Of a DNA stretch of 64,000 nucleotides, positions 38,306-51,214 are shown piece by piece (position 1 is the first letter of the stretch; every line of letters starts with the position of its first letter). The notes under the pieces are model-generated. The model saw nothing but the letters and a program-made list of their open reading frames with translations, was not told the DNA's origin and did not search any database. The stretch covers positions 15,130,001 to 15,194,000 of the forward strand of contig CM059433.1 in the NCBI GenBank assembly GCA_030390025.1. Reading direction: 5' to 3'. The stretch comes from Squalus acanthias (taxonomy: Eukaryota). The position numbers and the translations under genes were made by a program.

Positions 38306-39869
38306 TAAAGAACCGAAACTTAACAGTATAGCAATGTCTAACACACCTATGTGCATTACCCTTGTGCAACATATCTTTAAGCTTCCTTTTCCTAGAATTC
38401 CTACATGGCATGAGCAGAGGTAGCGGCAGGGTGCTCTGACTGTTGAGATGCTCTTGGCCGACGACCTCTGGGTTTTGAAGCCCATGAAGGTCCCGCTAAA
38501 GAAGGCTCAACCTGCACCTGAGCAGGGGCAGTCTCTGCCATCGGGAGTCGAGGCAGCATGTTCGGTACCGAGTGGTGGGGGGCGGCAGGGAGGCAACGGG
38601 TGAAAAGTGGAAGCACTTTGAATGGTGTCCCCACTTCCATGTCCCCTTTCGCCATCATCCCTCTCATGGCCCAGCTGCACTTCCCTGCTACCACTGTGCT
38701 GGAGGACACTTTGCTGCAGATCAGTGGGACACTGCAAGGCCAAGGCTAGGATTGCGGTCATCCTATTTAAGGTGGCATCCAGAGTCTGCAAGCCCTTGTT
38801 GAAGGCTTGCAAGCACTTGTCTGATTGCCGCGTTTGATGCTCCAAGCAGTTGACCCCTCTATCCATGGAAGAAGACATCATTGCCTGCGACAGGAACCCA
38901 CTCATGCTTGAGGCGGACTCCTCCAATTTATCTGTAATCGTGGACAGTGTGCTTGGAACGCCTGTCAGTACATCGCACATTCTCTGCTGCTGCTCAATGA
39001 TTATCCTCTTCATCGACGGTCCCTGGGATACAGCATCTGCGTCCAGCTGAGCAGAGCTTGGAGAGGTCTGCACCCTTCGACGCGGACTCTCCGCTGCTGT
39101 CCCTGACTCCACCATCTGCTCTTGCTCACTTGTGAAGTGCTAGTCACCAGGTGAACATACAAACATACAAAATTGATGGACAGGAAAACCCAACTATCTC
39201 TGTAACTGGTCCCGCCGAAGTGCAAGTACCTGAGCTGGTGCATGGTCTGCATGAGTCCTGTCACTGTGCACCCTCAGAGGGATTGAGCTCCTCTGAGGAG
39301 TCATCAATGCAACCTCGACCAACTCCTGCTGGACACGTGAGGACCCTGTGGGAGATAAAAGACATGAATGAGTACTGTCAAGGTAAGAATGTTAGAACTT
39401 ATCATTATGAAGATGATCATATTTCATTCGCTGCTGACATCATGTCAACATGACTGAGTGTTGTATGACATGTGGCTGTCTGATATTTAATTCTGTCACC
39501 AGGTAGCTGGGATGCACAAGTCTCCCCATCTCCGACGACCAACCACGCCAAGACCCCGTTGATCTCCAGCACCTCCTCCTCTGCCCATGTGAGTTGTGAG
39601 ATCTGTGGAGGGCCACCTCTGGTTCTCTGCCTCTCCCTGGTTTTCTGTGCTCCCTTCTCCTGCAATGAGGGAAAGAACAGACCTATGAGTGAATATAATG
39701 GCATGTGTTCACCCGATGGATGGAGAGCATTAGTTGAGGGTGAGGCATGAAATTGCATAATGATGAGGGTGAGTGGGAGGGGTGGACGGACAGGTAAGGA
39801 TGTGAGAAAATGCATCGAGAGAGAAGGATATGTGCACCTGCAAGGTTTACATTACATAGAATTACATAG

Positions 39870-40985
39870 GGTATAAGAACATAAGAACATAAGAAATAGG
39901 AGCAGGAGTAGGCCAATCGGCCCTTCGAGCCTGCTCCGCCATTCAATAAGATCATGGCTGATCTGATCCTCACCTCAAATCTAAAGAACACAAAAAGTAG
40001 GAGCAGGACCTGGCCACTCAGCCCCTGGGCCCGCTACGCCACCCACAGGGCCTCGACCGATCCGAACTCAGCCTCATTTCCAGTTTCCTGCCCGCTCCCC
40101 ATAACCCCTAATTCCCTTTACGTGTGTATACAGCACAGAAACAGACCATTCGGCCCAACCAGTCCATGCCGGCATTTATGCTCCACTCGAGCCTCCTCCC
40201 GTCTTTCCTCATCTAAATCTATCAGCATAACCCTCTGCCCTTCTCCCTCATATGCTTGTCTAGCCTCCCCTTAAATGCATCGATTCTATTCACTTCAACC
40301 ACTCCCTGTGGTAGCGAGTTCCACATTCTCACCACTTTTTGGGTAAAGAAGTTTCTTCTGAATTCCCTATTGGATTTCTTGGTGACTATCTTATATTGAT
40401 GGCCTCTAGTTATGCTCTTCCCCACAAGTGGAAACATTCTCTCTGTATCCACTCTATCAACATTTTTCATAATTTTAAAGACCTCTATTAGGTCACCCCT
40501 CAGCCTTCTTTTTTCAAGAAAGAAGAGACCCAGCCTATTTATCCTTTCCTGATATGTATACCCTCGCATTTCTGGTATCATCCTTGTAAATCTTCTCTGC
40601 ACTCTCTCCAGTGCCTCTATATCCTTTTTATAATATGGCGACTAGAACTGTACGCAGTACTCCAAGTGTGGTCTAACCAAGGTTCGATACAAGTTCAGCA
40701 TAACTACCCTACTTTTCAATTCTATACCTCTAAAAATAAACCCTAAAGCTTGGTTTGCTTTTTTACAGCCTTGCTGATGCCCTGTGTCACAACTTTTAGT
40801 GATTTGTGTATTTGTACTCCTAGATCCCTTTGTTCCTCCACCCCACCTAAACTCGCACCCTCCAAGTAATAAGTGACCTCCCTATTCTTCCTACCAAAAT
40901 GTAATACCTCACATTTATCTATGTTGAACTTCATTTGCCAATTATAGGCCCATTCTGCAAGTTTATTAATGTCCTCCTGTAACTA
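39870..40985 (-). mobile_element. CR1 LINE 3' fragments
   Basis: MKFNIDKCEVLHFGRKN, QRRFTRMIP and TRGHQYK...RRNFFTQKVVRMWNSLP motifs, with a (TTCTTATG)n tail at 39872-39895. Confidence 0.9.
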
Positions 40986-42025
40986 AGTGGTAAGTGGGTG
41001 TGAGGAGTGATATGCTGGAGTAGGCTTGAGAAGGTAGGTGAGGGGGTTCGGGTGATGCACACATCAGGATGTAGGTGAATGTGCAAATGTACTCACCTTT
41101 CCTAACCTGATTAGGTCATTAAACCGCTTCCTGCACTGCATCCAGGATCACATCACGCCCGCTGCCGCCGATTGGACGGGAAACCAGGAAGTAAAATGTT
41201 AATGAGGTGGCTGCGTTAAAAAGCCACTGACAGACGCGCTTGACATACCTCCGGGTTTCCCACGCGATATCGGGCCCCCCCCCCCTGCTCCCAGCACATC
41301 TGTAATTACGATCAGGGCCACAAAGTCCTATGCTCAAATTCCTCAGATGCACTTGAGCTGCATAATTTATCCTGTGGCTCTTTGGTATCTGTAGCAGGCT
41401 TTGTTAATTTTCAAAGTTGTTAATGGAGCAAAGTCCTACTTGTCATCAAATATGAGTCACCCTCATACAGCACTTCTGCTATATTTCACACTGCATCCAT
41501 TCATGAGGCTACAACCATCTCAGAGAAGGGCACCCGTTAAGTACTTGAGATCATCAAGTTCTCTGGCAAGGAAGAGCCAAAGACGTGTTACCTCTAGAAT
41601 GGAGTCTACACTGTGCAGGTGAGCAGCAGAAACAAAGAAAAATACTTCGCCTGTTACAGGATACTCCTTAGGTCTTCCTTGTCTTGCGATACAAGCAGGA
41701 GAGTCTGTAGTAACAGACCAAGGGCAGTCAGCCATAAGCGACACATGATGGAACTTACATTCCCTTACCGCTGTCCAAAAGCCTTCTTGAAGGATAGTAT
41801 ACGTCTACTTCATCGGGCCGTCTTCCTTGCCCAAGTACCAGATGTGGAAGTCTAATGTCAATCCCTTCATCATGTAGTCAAACTTTGAGGAGTGAACTTT
41901 GTGTATCTTCAGTAGAAATCCTTAAAAACATTGGAGCCAAAAATTTATGGCCCCCGCATCCCAGCTTAAATGCCGGGATGTGTCTGCACGTGACCTCTAG
42001 TGCTGACGGTGCCAAAATCTAGAGT

Positions 42026-42117
42026 AGGTGATTTCAAATAAAGCTGTTGAACTATAACCTGGTGTTGTGCGACTTCTCACATTTGTCCACCCCAGTCCAA
42101 CACCGGCATCTCCACAT
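42026..42117 (+). mobile_element. Short Penelope-like terminal-repeat insertion
   Basis: ctataacctggtgttgtgcgacttctc...caccggcatctccacat, flanked by the direct repeat CAAAATCTAGAGT. Confidence 0.8.
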
Positions 42118-42317
42118 CAAAATCTAGAGTGTCAGTGGGAGATCATTTAACTCAAATAAATTTGGTGGTGGCCGTGCCATTCTGGTCATATCTTGGGTGC
42201 CCGTCTGCTCCTGGAGGGTACAAACTGTGGCAGAGTGTGTTATTTCTATGGGGCGGTGCCAGGGATCATGCCAGCATTTGTTGCATCAGCTCCCTTTATA
42301 AAGAGCCCAAAGATATT

Positions 42318-42850
42318 CATAGAATCGTAGAATGCTACAGCACCGAAGGAGATCATAGTGCCCATGCCGGCTCTTTGAAAAAGCCATCCAATTAATCCCA
42401 CTGCCCTGCTCTTTCCCCAGAGCACTGTAAGTTTTATCTCTTCAAGTATTTATCCAATTCTCTTTTGAATGCTACTATTGAATCTGCTTCCACCATCCTT
42501 TCAGGCAGCGCATTCCAAATCACAACAACTCACTGTGTAAAAAAAATGTTTCCTCATGTCGTCTCTGGTTCTTTTGCCAATCACTTTAAATCTGTGGTCT
42601 CTGGTTACCGACCCTTCTGTGACTGGAAACAGATTTCATTATTTACTCTATCAAAACCATTCAAGATTTTGAACATCTCTTTTAAATCTCCTCTGAACCT
42701 TCTCTACTCTAAGGAGAACAAGCCCAACTCCTCTCCACATAACTGAAGTCCCTCATCCCTGGTCCGATTCTATTAAATCTCCTCCGCATCCCATCCAAGG
42801 CCTTGACATCCTTCCTAAAGTGTGGTGCCCAGAATTGAACACAATACTCC
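42318..42850 (-). mobile_element. CR1 LINE 3' fragment
   Basis: tgtggtgcccagaattgaacacaatactc encodes EYCVQFWAPH on the minus strand; CR1 3' UTR near 42320-42430. Confidence 0.8.
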
Positions 42851-45800
42851 CACTAACACAAGAATGGGTAGCCTTAGATGTTGCTTATGAAAGCCCAACG
42901 TCCTGTGCTTAATTAGATAGTGAAGTTGAGAGGCAGAATGACCATGAAGTGAGGTATGGATTTAGAAATTCAGGGCTGGACTTTACTCCCCCAAACTGTC
43001 TGAAAGCTGGGGTTGGGTGGCTGACTTCCTTGTGGTGCAAAATGAAGGAAAATCTGCTGGAGAGGCCGACCGCTGCGCCCCAAGTCAGCACGAATGCCTG
43101 CTTTAAATCTGCTCCCAGAATTCTGATCTACAGACCTCATGAATTATAATTACATGGACTTTAAACTGAAGGTCATCCGCACTGGTTTTATAAACTAGAT
43201 TCTAAGAATCTGCCTTCTCTGTATTGTAAATTCTCTAAAGCATTTGAAGAATAAAAGGCCTCTATTCTAAACTTCAAAGAATGCTCCAGCATGTGATGTT
43301 TCTGCAGAAAGAAATAAGGCTGCGAATTTTCAATACAATGGCAACCCAGAAGCAAATGTATCTTGCTCATTATTATTGGCAACTCAAGCCTTCAACATCC
43401 ATGAAGTGCTTTATTCAATACAGCAATCCAAATATTTCTTTCCCCAATATGTAATACTTCAAGAAAAATAATGAGGTCTTGCCGTTGTTTTTTCTAAGAT
43501 GTGCTCAGACATATTTAGAAACTGGACGGTTATAAGCGGTCCATTACTCTTGCATATGGAGAGGTTCATTCAGTCTGCTCATTTTTGTTTGACTACATCA
43601 GAAATATAACTGAATTAACATCTTCTACTGCGATCAATTTAAAAATATACACAGATCAAGTGATCTGAGTCAATGAAACATATACTCGTATACGAGGCGA
43701 CACCCCCAAAAATCCACTTTAAAAAAATCCATGACGCTTGTTTAAGAGGAGGGTCAACATTACAGAGCTTTGAACTACCAAAGTTGCCCCTTCCATGTTG
43801 ACTGGTGTCTGTAAATACATGTCTCCTTTTTCTCATTTCAACCAACACATTCTTATCAGCTGTTGCTCTGCTCCTCCAGCGCTGTGATATTTAAATGGTA
43901 ATTCTGCCTCCTGACTTCATTCCTGGCTCTCGCTACAAATATTAAATCTCCTCAGCAGGATTCTCTCCCTGCCAACCCATCCCGACTGTCTGGGATTCTC
44001 CCAGAATTGACGATCAGAAGATCTACCAGGCGCTGCTGCCGGTAACCTGAGAGAAAACATGGAAGTAAAGTCTGCGGTTTGCCCGCACGGCACTTCTCGT
44101 GCGATAGCTTCAAGTTCTGGCACCAAACCCATCTTGCCACCAGTGCCGTGAAGGAGAGCTGAGGAAAGGCTGTGGTCAGCGGTGCGAGTGCTCCACACTG
44201 GGGAAGCAGCATGAGTGGGGTTGCCAAGTTTGGATCAAGTCCAAAGCCAGAGAAGAGATAGATTCACAAAATATGTTAAGCCACAAATAAAGGACTGGTT
44301 TCAACAAAGTTTAAAGATAGCATTAACTTCAAACTATATTTCTTAACAATGAATACAAAAAAAACACATGCATAACCACTGGACTCGACTACTCCATTTT
44401 ATTTTGCACTTAAAGCACTTGATAAAACCAGGAATCTTAAACAAGCATAAACAAGCTTCATCTGAAATAAAATTCAATCGACATCACACCTTTGTATTTC
44501 AATGACTACAAATATCAACATACCTGAGCTGCCCCTTTAAGGAACCTCCCTGTCCACATGTACAAAAATAAAATGGCCCAAAATACTTCCAACAGTACAG
44601 TGCTCTGCACTTCTTCAACTGCCATCAGTGCCCATTCTTTGCTGTGATGTTAAATCACAAAGACATTCTCAATACAAAGTACAAAGTAAGTACAACCCAT
44701 TTATTTCTTTCTTTATGTGATGTGTGTGTGATATCAATGAATTTTGCCACAGTGCTTTCCCTTTATACTGATCAATGGCGTGAAATAGCTCTCACCCAAC
44801 CCTATTAACTTCTTCTAAGTTATTCCCTGTGGAGGCAGTAAATATGTTAGCTCACTGCAGGGTTTCAGGAACAGCCAGTTGGGATTCTGTTCCTCGACTT
44901 TCTTGCGATGACCCAGTAACTGAGTCAGCCATATCCACTGCTGCTAAGGCTGCTTGTCCTGCCCACTTGCTGACACACCTACTGTCACTTGTACAGGGAT
45001 GCTGGATGAGCTGGACGTGGCATTGCCTTGCGTGACAGTAGCCTCAAGCGTGCCTTCTCCAGCCACACCCCTACTGCTGGGCAGTCCCTCAGCCTGTCCA
45101 GTAACCTGTGAGAGAGCAGAACTGTGGGCAGCAATAAGGTCTGTGAATCTCTGTCTCAAAGTTCTCGCGACTCATCATCAGCAGGTTGAAGTCAGACGCA
45201 ACAGCCTCGTTTCGATTTGAGCACCAGGCCTCTTTTAGTAGCGGTGTGAATATTAACGAGAGATACTCCCACTGTGCTTCCGACCTGTGTCACTGAGGGC
45301 TTTGCTGCGGATGCCACAGGCGTTGCTAGACAGTCTCTGGTAGACCGCGTACAGAGACGTGTTCATACATGACTGCGCGGAAAAGTTTGCATGGGTGTTA
45401 GTAACTCATGGAGACAATTCCGCTCCGACAGCGATTTCCTTTAATAAGGAGGATTGTGAGGTCAGAATCCCGAGGCACTGCAGCAGAGGCAGGAAGCATG
45501 CTGGCCCTCTGAGAAGCAGATACCTGCACTTCAATTACCATCATCAGAACACATTTCACCTTGCCCTCTGCTCAACCCGTATCATTTGCCGAGGAAAGGT
45601 TCTGCACGTTTCTTCCCGTACGCTAAAGGTTAGCCGAGCAATCCTCCAGAATGCAAATCTAGTTTCCATTATTAATTCCCGACAATGACTTTTCACTGGT
45701 AATACCAACTCAAGAAACTTTAGGGGGAGAAATTGGACATCGACGCGCCCATTCTTTGGGCGGGAACTAGGCAGAACGGGGTCCAAAATCGGGTTACGTT

Positions 45801-46429
45801 CCCCGCGCCCGCTTGAACCTGGAAGTGTGCCTCCAGACAGCAGGCTGATTTGGTTATTCCAATCAGGGTCCGACAGCGGTTTTACGACTCCGATGTGAAA
45901 TTAGAGAGTAACTAGGCGGAGCTTGCGCCACGTAACCTCCGACCAGTTCTTGCGGGTCGAGTGCACATTAACCAGCCGTTCCTTAAAGGCAGCTGTGGAA
46001 AAGAAAGCCCAAAAACACATTCAGGGGAATTTTAACCCCCAAAAGCGGGTGGGTTTGAGTCGGGTGGGATGCAAAAATGTTAAAAATCTCAAACCCGAGC
46101 CCAACCCGCCTTGAACCCACCCACATCAGGTTGTAACGGAGGTGGAATGGGGGCGGGTGACCAACCCGCTCCCAGGAGGTGGGTTACTCTTTTAAATATT
46201 TTAATGAGGCTACGTGCCTCAGATTTAGGTTTAACACTGGCCGGCCGAGTTTCCTGGGCCTCGGGAAACCCGGCAGCTAAAGGGGGGCGACAACTGCTAT
46301 GTGGAAGAGGTAAGTGCCTTTCCAGCACTGCTTGTGGGCCAGGAGGGGCAAGAGTGCTTCTCCCCAGCCCCCCAAGTTAACCTGCTTCCCACTCCATGTG
46401 ATCGGTCCTCCCCCTGTGCTCCGATCTCC

Positions 46430-46734
46430 CTCCCGAGCAACAATCTCCCGCCGACCCGGCCTTCCTGATCTCTCCCCCTCCTCCATCTTTCTGATCCCTC
46501 CCTCCCTCCTCTGTGTCCCCAGCTGTGGCCTCTGTTCTCCCTACCTCTCCGAGCTTTCCGATCTTCCCCCCGCCCCCCACCAGATCCTTCCCATCTCTCC
46601 CCCCGCCCCCCCACCAGATCCTTCTGATCTCTCCCCCCGCCCCCCACCAGATCCTCCCGATCTCTCCCCCCGCCCCCCCACCAGATCCTTCCGATCTCTC
46701 CCTCCACCCCCCACCAGATCCTTCCGATCTCTCC
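46430..46734. repeat. C-rich ~34-bp minisatellite (ccaccagatccttccgatctctcccccc…), left part
   Basis: Tandem units continue in register at 59495 after the provirus. Confidence 0.9.
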
Positions 46735-48417
46735 TGTAAGGGTTTCTGAACCTGTGAGATTCGTGTGGCTCTGTGCTCAGCCTGGATGCTAGTGCGAGTT
46801 TAGGCCTTGTTGCCTGTTCTGGTCTCCAGCCAGTCTGGAAGCACTAGACACCTGTGAGTGGTTCGACCCACTCGCCCTTACGGTTCTAACACTGGACTTA
46901 GGTGCGAGAGCAGTAATGCAGAGAAAAACTCAAATAGACCCGGTTGAATAGTACGAAATGGAAATCTTTATTGCATATTATTCAAGATTACAAAATACAT
47001 GTCATAAGCACAGATTAATGACAGTACAATCTTACACGCAGTTATGTAACTGATTTCAGGGAAACGAGGAACGAACGACACACCGTAAATGGGGGCACAC
47101 ATTACAATTATCCTTAATACTTAAACCCTCCCCTAACAATACCTATTCTAAACTAGATTCGTAGGATTCGAGACTCATGCTCACCACTCGTGATAACTCG
47201 GAGAAATTCCGAATATCTGATCGGATGTTTTCACCGCAGCACCCACGTGTCGATCAGGGGGTCTCCTGGCCCCACTTGTTTACTCGTTTCTGCTCCGGCT
47301 AGCAGGCTGGAACGTCTGCTGTTATGAAGATCTGTGTTTGTGGGTTTCACGTACCAGTCAACACTTAAGAGAATAATCTCCCGGTGTCCGTCATGAAGAT
47401 CTGTCTTGGTGGGTTTCACATTCCAGTCAACACTTAAGAGAATAATCTCCCGGTGTCCGTTCTTTAAAGTTCAAAGAAGTCTTCCTGGCAAGGAAAAATG
47501 TCAATTCGACCTACAGGCGCAGTCGGGGCTTACTGACCGTGGCGATAAGTATGGTCTTCGTCTCTTCTCATCTCATCTCATCTCTTCTCTTCTCGGGCCT
47601 TTGGTTCCGATACCGGTTACCAACACAGGTCTTCGTGACACGACACGAGGTGGATCCGAGCGGATCACAAAGTTCAAAAGTCTTTTAAAAGGGACACGAG
47701 GCAAGCAGGAGCAAGACGGCGAGTCAAGAACACAGGAGCAACCACCAGGATGAACACCAGCAAGATAAGAGGATAAGAGTCAAGAGAGAGATGGACGGTT
47801 TGAGCTTGTAATTATAGTACAAAATCTTCCGTTTCCCGCCCAACCTTAATGTCTTTTCTTTTGTTAGGGTTTGGCGCTCAAATGTCTTGTATAGGTGATC
47901 TCCGTTTTTAATGGGTTTCGGGGCTACTCGTAAATGTCTGAGTACCTGTTAATATTTCTCCCATTGTTTAATCGGTCGGTAGTCTCCCTGGAGGGGTTTT
48001 GGGGCCTCCAAGTGTTTTCTGTAACTACCCGCTAACGGCTCTCTCATCGTAGAGTCGTTGGGATTTTACATATTAATGTCTTTGGATGGGTTCTTGATTA
48101 CTGGGTACAATAGCCTTCATTCGTACCTGGGAGACCGATTTCAGTATCTATGTGTATACTGCAAACCCAAGATGTCTCGTGTATTATCTTCAATGTGCTG
48201 AATCTTAATCGATCTTGCACAAATGTTTATTGGAACGCCATCTTGTCTGCCTGTCGAGCAGTCTAGAATGTTCCGCCACGAGGTGCGGCGGCCATTTTAC
48301 AAGCTGCTTGTGTCCACTTTGAAACCTGACAGCATTCTGCTGAAATAAAAGCTGTTTGAACGAAACTATGTGTTTTTCTCCTTATTAATAAAATTGCGAT
48401 ATATTGCGAATTCTACA
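46735..48417 (-). repeat. 3' LTR (1683 bp)
   Basis: Direct repeat of 57816-59494; minus-strand AATAAA at 46967-46972; internal 69-bp tandem duplication at 47324-47461. Confidence 0.98.
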
Positions 48418-48430
48418 GTCCCTCCTGTTG
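48418..48430 (-). promoter_or_regulatory. Polypurine tract
   Basis: Minus-strand CAACAGGAGGGAC immediately before the TG of the 3' LTR. Confidence 0.75.
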
Positions 48431-48863
48431 ATGCGAATAACTCCGCTTATCGTATCAAAAATATTGTGGTGAGCAATATTATCTCGATTTTCTCCGAATC
48501 CAGAAAATTTAATCCCATAACTTAAACTATCTAGGGTCTTTGTGTCGTCCTTATTTCCCAAGAAAATTACGTTTTATAGCAGCGTAGGCATCATTTGCCT
48601 TTAAACTTACACCACTTGTTTTCCTTCCCGGTGTGACCAGGCCGATGCCTCTCGTATCACCTGTATATTCATCTCTTTATTCAGGGAAAGGAAAAACAAA
48701 ACAAAACCAAACAATCATTTTTAACTACAACACCATCACCAAAATAACCAACACCAACTCTTAAATATGTCGAGTTCCAAACGTATTTCCAGTCTTTGAA
48801 AATCATGATCGAGTACAAACTTCCGCGGCGCACGTGGCGAGCGGGAGTGACGCCATTTTCCGA

Positions 48864-51214
48864 TCACACGGTGTTTTCATCGTGCACGCGCACGTAACGT
48901 TCTCGCCACTCTCCCGTGTTTTCATGCTTGGTGAGGCGTTTGTCTCTTTTACAATGTACGACCAATAGGTACACTACAATAAAACTTGGCATATGACTAA
49001 AATGTGGGAGGCTATCCTGATCCATGAAGGCACTTCAATATTGGTGAACAGATTCCACCACGGTGGAATTACTATATCCAGAATGTCTGTCCCTATCTCG
49101 ACAGTTTTCTGCTCTAATGTGTAAAAATGTTTCTGTGACACCGCGACGGCTTTTAAAAGCTTGGTGAGGTGTTCAGGGAGAGGGGGAATGAGGTATCCGA
49201 AATGCGCGACGAATCGCTGCAAGTCGGTGAAGTTCTCTTTTACTGTTAGATGAACAGTGGATGGTTCAGGGATTGGGACAATTCGCTGTTGTGCTCCTTG
49301 AACTTCCGCCCTGGGTTTGAAACAGAAACTGCTGTCACTCACCGGACACCAACTACGGTTTCCATGCTGGTAGTGTTGCGCTGCAGTGGTAACACAATAT
49401 GTTCCACCCCCGATGTATGCTACCTGCGGAGGCACATGATCTTGTGCCATTGCCTCCATGGTGCAATTCATGGACTTGGCGCCAGCCGTTTTGAACCCGC
49501 ACTGTGGTGTTAAAAAGGCATTCAAGTGCTGGGGACACAGTATTATGTGTGCTCCCCTGCCACGACAACCAGAGAGATCTGTACCTGTCATCGTTTGCTC
49601 CCAGCGGATGACGTAGGGTGGAACCGCTGCATAGCGAATGTGGGCTCCCCCCTGAATGACACCAATGTTCTCTACCCGATACACCGGGGCGGGCTTTGCT
49701 GTGTCGCCCAAAACCGGCATACGTAATACTATACCCATGATAGTATGGTTTGATCGTCCACAGTCCACGGGGACTGGGTATGCTTCTGAAGCTAGCCTGA
49801 GCTGGCACGGGCTTAACGCGTTCTGAAAAGGGTGGAGCGCCCGCAGGTGTTTGTTACTTATCCAGGACGGGACCATACCTTGTTTTAAATCCTCCAAATT
49901 ACTGCGGCCCTCGCCCAGTAACCACGCCCCGTAAAGCACGCACACCTCGTTCTGCGCAGCTTGATCGGATGCATTCCGATCTTCCCTAATCAGGGCATTT
50001 ACCGTCTTTGCATGTTTCTCTAACTCTGCTATAATTTCCTTTAAATGGAGAGTCATGGCTTGGTCCTCGTGTAAACCCGACCCTACCACTTTATTCTCAT
50101 CTGTTAGAATGTCTTTTAATTGCGTTTTTAAGCCATTAATCTGGGTCTGCAGCTCCACACTGTCTAGAGCGTTGACCACAGATGTACCCGTGTTAAACGC
50201 AGTGAACGCGTCGTTCACTACACCCCTTCTTTGGCTCCCTACTTGATCCAAAACTTCATGTGGTGCGGTGTACAAACTTGTTTTATCAATCTCCGCGAAA
50301 TCGAATTCGTAAAATTGTCTGAACATCTTGGTCAACAGGACCTGATATAACTGTTCCGTCTTTTTGGGGCACCACTCTGGTAACCGCACCTTGGTGAGAT
50401 TTAAAATCACCGAGGCCACCGCGTAATGTACCCCCTGAAATAGTATCTGGTCTGTGGGGACCAGTACCAAACCATTCCCGGGTCCCTTACTAGTTTTAGG
50501 GCACCCTTCCTCTTCAGCTAGAACCACCGGAATCGTGGGCGGGGCTTTGCGTGGGCGCGTAATGAGTTCAGTGGCATTTACCGGGATCGAAGAGTATGGG
50601 GCTCCGCACCCCCTGGTGCTCGCATCCCACCTCATCCCCTGTCCGTTATCCTGCCATTGATTAATGAAAAATATGGAGATGCCTTTGGGGCAAGCGTACT
50701 TTTACCCCCACATGCATACATAAATTCCCTCATCCGGTTCCCACCATTTGTCCCAACAGACTCTCACTTGTCCGTTTGTCCCCGTAATTGTCCGATGGGT
50801 ATTATTACCCAGTCGTTCCCACTCGACCGAAGAGTTCCTCATGGTTTTGCTCAGCTTTCGCAGCCACCACCATCGGCTCAATGGGACATTCCCACTACAA
50901 GTCAAACAAATCCGTTTGCCGACGGTGACGCTGATCCTGGGTGCGATGATCCTTACTTTGGGGCACATTAAAGAAGTCTCTTGGTAGGCAAACCCCGATG
51001 TGCTGGAATACTCCGTTGAGTTCGTTCCCAGCCATCCTGGCCACCTTCCCTTGTGGAAATAGGTGGTGGTCTCCTCAGCCTCCCGTCTTCCGGTCCCATC
51101 CACCGCGATGGGGGCCGTGTCCCCAGAGCATCCAAACACCACGACATCCTTGGTGCGGCCTCGATAGGCCAATCCACATCCGATTGCCGCGAGCAATACT
51201 AGAATTCGTTCCAT
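48864..51214 (-). pseudogene. env: Envelope glycoprotein: signal peptide, Ig-like domain, F-type class I fusion protein, TM anchor; one in-frame stop and one frameshift (about 783 aa reconstructed)
   Basis: Signal peptide MERILVLLAAIGCGLA. ORFs 50702-51373 and 48974-50635 are in the same frame across a TAA. QRR|GVVNDAFTAFNTGTSVV is followed by a heptad repeat and a Cys-rich domain. The TM segment is completed as FIVVYLLVVHCKRDKR if one T is added at 48981-48984. Confidence 0.88.

Larger units (their letters stand above)
36249..41320. mobile_element. Decayed Harbinger transposon (transposase +, Myb -) with nested SINEs and CR1
   Basis: Transposase relics [22 protein letters not shown]-like, GWLLGDKG and RSWCLNRSGSTLQYAPARFSR; minus-strand Myb relic WMQCRKRFNDLIRLGK|gtgagt near 41095-41145. 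Confidence 0.75.

Noticed and set aside
43700..45700. Possible ancient Ty3/gypsy remnant on the minus strand
   Set aside because: Only faint gag-like and integrase-tail-like hints are visible, with no catalytic motif or paired LTR; left unassigned.
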